Shown here: piece by piece, positions 61,685 to 64,000 of the stretch
Layout of the letters: each line of letters begins with the position of its first letter
Numbering within the stretch: position 1 is the stretch's first letter
DNA from: Malacoraja senta
Taxonomy: Eukaryota
Direction: 5' to 3'
Assembly: GCA_038087875.1 (NCBI GenBank)
Contig: CM075982.1
Location: 60,698,001 to 60,762,000, forward strand
DNA: 64,000 nt
The notes under the pieces: model-generated
The model's input: the letters and a program-made list of their open reading frames with translations, nothing else
What the model was told of the DNA's origin: nothing
Database searches by the model: none
Position numbers and translations under genes: made by a program

Positions 61685-64000
61685 TTTATGTCCCGGAAGA
61701 AGACTTAAAGACGGGAGAACTGAGAGAAGAAGAAGATGGCAGCCCTTCTGCAGAGGAGTTACAAGGCAATGGTTACATGTGCACGGAGGAAGAGGAGGAG
61801 GAAGAGGAAGACAGCAAAGGCAGCTACAGTTACCAGAATTCCCCAATTAGTGCAATGTCCAACCAAGATGCAGAGTGCGAGTCACACATAAGTGATACCA
61901 GTGATAGGTTGGCTGATTTTAAAAGTATTTCTTCCCGGGACGGGCAAGAAAAGGAAGAACAGACGAATGGAGAGACGAAGAATGGCCAACAGAACAGTTT
62001 GGGGGCAATGAGAGCCGTTTATGCTAGCTTTCTCTCCGATTCGTATTGGTCAAGTCTAGGCTTTGACCTCAAACAATCAAAGGCTGAAAGGACGAGCTGC
62101 AAAAGCAGCAATGAGAGCACCAAAAGTAGCTTTGATTGGCACCAAGATGCATTATCCAAAACATTTCAACAGACCTCCTCTTGCAGACCCATGCCGAAAC
62201 CAAATCTTTTCAGTTCGGTGCAGTTGTACAGGCAAAATAACAAATTGTTTGGGACTGTTTTCACAGGCGCCAGTAGGTTTCGCTGCAAAGAATGCAGTGC
62301 AGCATATGACACTTTGGTAGAACTAACCGTGCACATGAATGACACAGGCCATTACCAAGACAATAACCACAAAAAAAAAGTGGACCACAACACCAGTTGG
62401 ACAAAGTCACGGAAACGAGGTTTGCATGATATGGATGGTATGCATGATGCCCAGAAAGTGTTAAAGTGCATGTACTGTGGTCATTCTTTCGAGTCCCTTC
62501 AAGATTTGAGCGTTCACATGATTAAAACAAAACATTACCAGAAAGTGCCTCTGAAGGAACCAATGCCACCTATCGGATCAAAGTTAGTCCCTCCCAGTAA
62601 AAAGCGGGCCCAGCATGAAGTCAATCAGCCTTGTTCACCGGATTCAACCACTGGAGTTGCAGGGACATTCACAGGCGAAGCACACAAGAATTCAAACCCC
62701 TACGTGTCGTCTAACAATCGGTACGGTTATCAAAATGGTGCCAGCTACACCTGGCAATTTGAAGCCTGCAAGTCGCAAATTCTGAAGTGCATGGAATGCG
62801 GAAGCTCTCATGATACCCTGCAGCAACTCACAGCCCACATGATGGTGACGGGGCACTTCCTTAAGGTAACAAACTCTGCATCGAAAAAGGGAAAGCAGAT
62901 TGTTTTTGACCCTTTGGCCATGGACAAAGCACAGTCCATCACAGAAGCGCCGTCAAACGAGATCCAGCCTCTGGCACCAGTCAACAAATTGCCTCCAGAT
63001 TCCTTAACTCCACCCGCGGTTGAAGATAACAAAAGTGAAGAAAAGCAAGAGATAACAGAGAACGTGGAGAAATCACCTCAAGACAAAGACGATTGCAAGG
63101 GGGACATTCCAGAGAAGATGTTTGGCTCCACGCTTCAATATCAATACATAAGAGAAGAAGATCTGGAGGAGAGCTCGAAGGGAGGTGGTGACATTCTCAA
63201 GTCACTTGAAAACACTGTTGCTTCAGCCATCAACAAAGCCCAAACTGGGAGTCCAAGCTGGAGTGCATATCCCAGCATCCATGCTGCCTACCAGCTTCCG
63301 GGAATCATTAAGCCTTTGCAACTTGGTACTCAGATATTGCAAGTTAAGCCAAACCTGAAACCTATAGCTCCAAAAGTCAGGTATTTCTCTGTAATTACAA
63401 GCAGCCAAAACCAAGGGCTTCAGTCCAACAATGACCAAATCAAGGAGGAACCAATTAGCCCGGTTCACGAACAGATTTCATCCAAGCTGGAAGAAAGCAA
63501 TATCGAGAAAAAGGATCCAAAGTTAAACCTTCAGTCTGCACTGCTTTTGCCATGTAAAAAGGAAAGTGAGAGCCCAATAAAGTCAGAGACCCTCACTGAT
63601 CTCCCAAAGGCAGACTCGCCTTGTTTGAAAGAAGCTGAAGAAGTGAAGCAAATCTTCAAGAACGAGCCTGTAAAGAGTGAAGCAGGATCTCCAAATTTTT
63701 CATTAACCAACGGATGTTCTGGACTAACAGTCATCACAGATCACCCATCTGAACACCTTTCAGTCAGCCCACTTAGTGCACTGCAATCGATAATGAATAC
63801 TCACCTTGGCAAAGCGGCCAAGCCCCTGACCTCAAACCTAGACCCTGTAACAATGCTTTGTAGACTCAATAAGAGCCTGCTGGAGAAATCAGCTTCACCG
63901 CCAACTTTAATAAAGCCATCCAATATTGCTAACAGTTATTACTATGAAAGCAGTGATCAGCCAATAGATCTCACCAAATCGAAGAGTGGCAAAGCCGTCC
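61685..64000 (+). CDS. TSHZ2: Teashirt zinc finger homeobox 2, large coding exon (partial; 5' end spliced in phase 1, 3' end beyond the window)
   Basis: After the acceptor ...ttatattttcAG, the frame starting at 61687 is open to 64000 (771 codons): YVPEEDLK...SYQNSPIS...FDWHQDALSK...LFSSVQLYRQNNKLFGTVFTGASRFRCKECSAAYDTLVELTVHMNDTGHY...LKCMYCGHSFESLQDLSVHMIKTKHYQKVPLKEP...CSPDSTTG...NNRYGYQNGASYTWQFEACKSQILKCMECGSSHDTLQQLTAHMMVTGHFLKV...GGGDILKSLENTV...PSWSAYPSIHAAYQ...PLSALQSIMNTHLGK...SDQPIDLTKSK. Teashirt family is certain. The paralogue call rests on recalled TSHZ2-type residues (WHQDALSK, GASRFRC, PDSTTG, EACKSQ, GGGDIL, WSAYP). Confidence 0.93.
62278..62352 (+). other. TSHZ2: Teashirt-type C2H2 zinc finger 1 (coding)
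   Basis: FRCKECSAAYDTLVELTVHMNDTGH, CX2CX12HX5H spacing. Confidence 0.92.
62461..62535 (+). other. TSHZ2: Teashirt-type C2H2 zinc finger 2 (coding)
   Basis: LKCMYCGHSFESLQDLSVHMIKTKH. Confidence 0.92.
62782..62856 (+). other. TSHZ2: Teashirt-type C2H2 zinc finger 3 (coding)
   Basis: LKCMECGSSHDTLQQLTAHMMVTGH. Confidence 0.92.
63961..63975 (+). other. TSHZ2: CtBP-binding PXDLS-like motif (PIDLT)
   Basis: cca ata gat ctc acc = PIDLT, the known teashirt CtBP-interaction motif. Confidence 0.85.

Noticed and set aside
62063-63737. Short alternative-frame and antisense ORFs in the track
   Set aside because: Shadows of the real TSHZ2 frame, which the track omits because it has no stop in the window

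Overview
Vertebrate genomic DNA, not prokaryotic. The repeat complement (V-SINE/HE1-type tRNA-SINEs, CR1/HER1-type LINE tails, Rex1/Babar, L2, Penelope) suggests a cartilaginous fish, probably a skate or ray; this is inferred from recalled consensus sequences. The only host coding sequence is the start of the large coding exon of a teashirt zinc-finger homeobox gene, most like TSHZ2. It runs on the + strand from a splice acceptor at 61683-61684 and stays open past the window end. It encodes three teashirt-type C2H2 fingers and a PIDLT CtBP motif, and the ORF track misses it because there is no stop in the window. Positions 1-61684 are most likely the 3' part of the long upstream intron. This intron holds nested transposons: an internally deleted CGGBP1-like hAT transposon, hAT, Harbinger and Tigger-like MITEs, a 27-bp micro-insertion and a probable Helitron. 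It also holds about 17 Penelope-derived pieces. Many carry a hammerhead-ribozyme-like core (CTGAAGA-stem-GAAACGTC), many are head-to-head palindromes, and several sit between 10-16 bp target-site duplications (TSDs). TE-poor AT-rich blocks between the repeats are candidate conserved enhancers. I see no convincing new multi-gene system. The most promising leads are the ribozyme-bearing Penelope mini-elements and the CGGBP1-type hAT.
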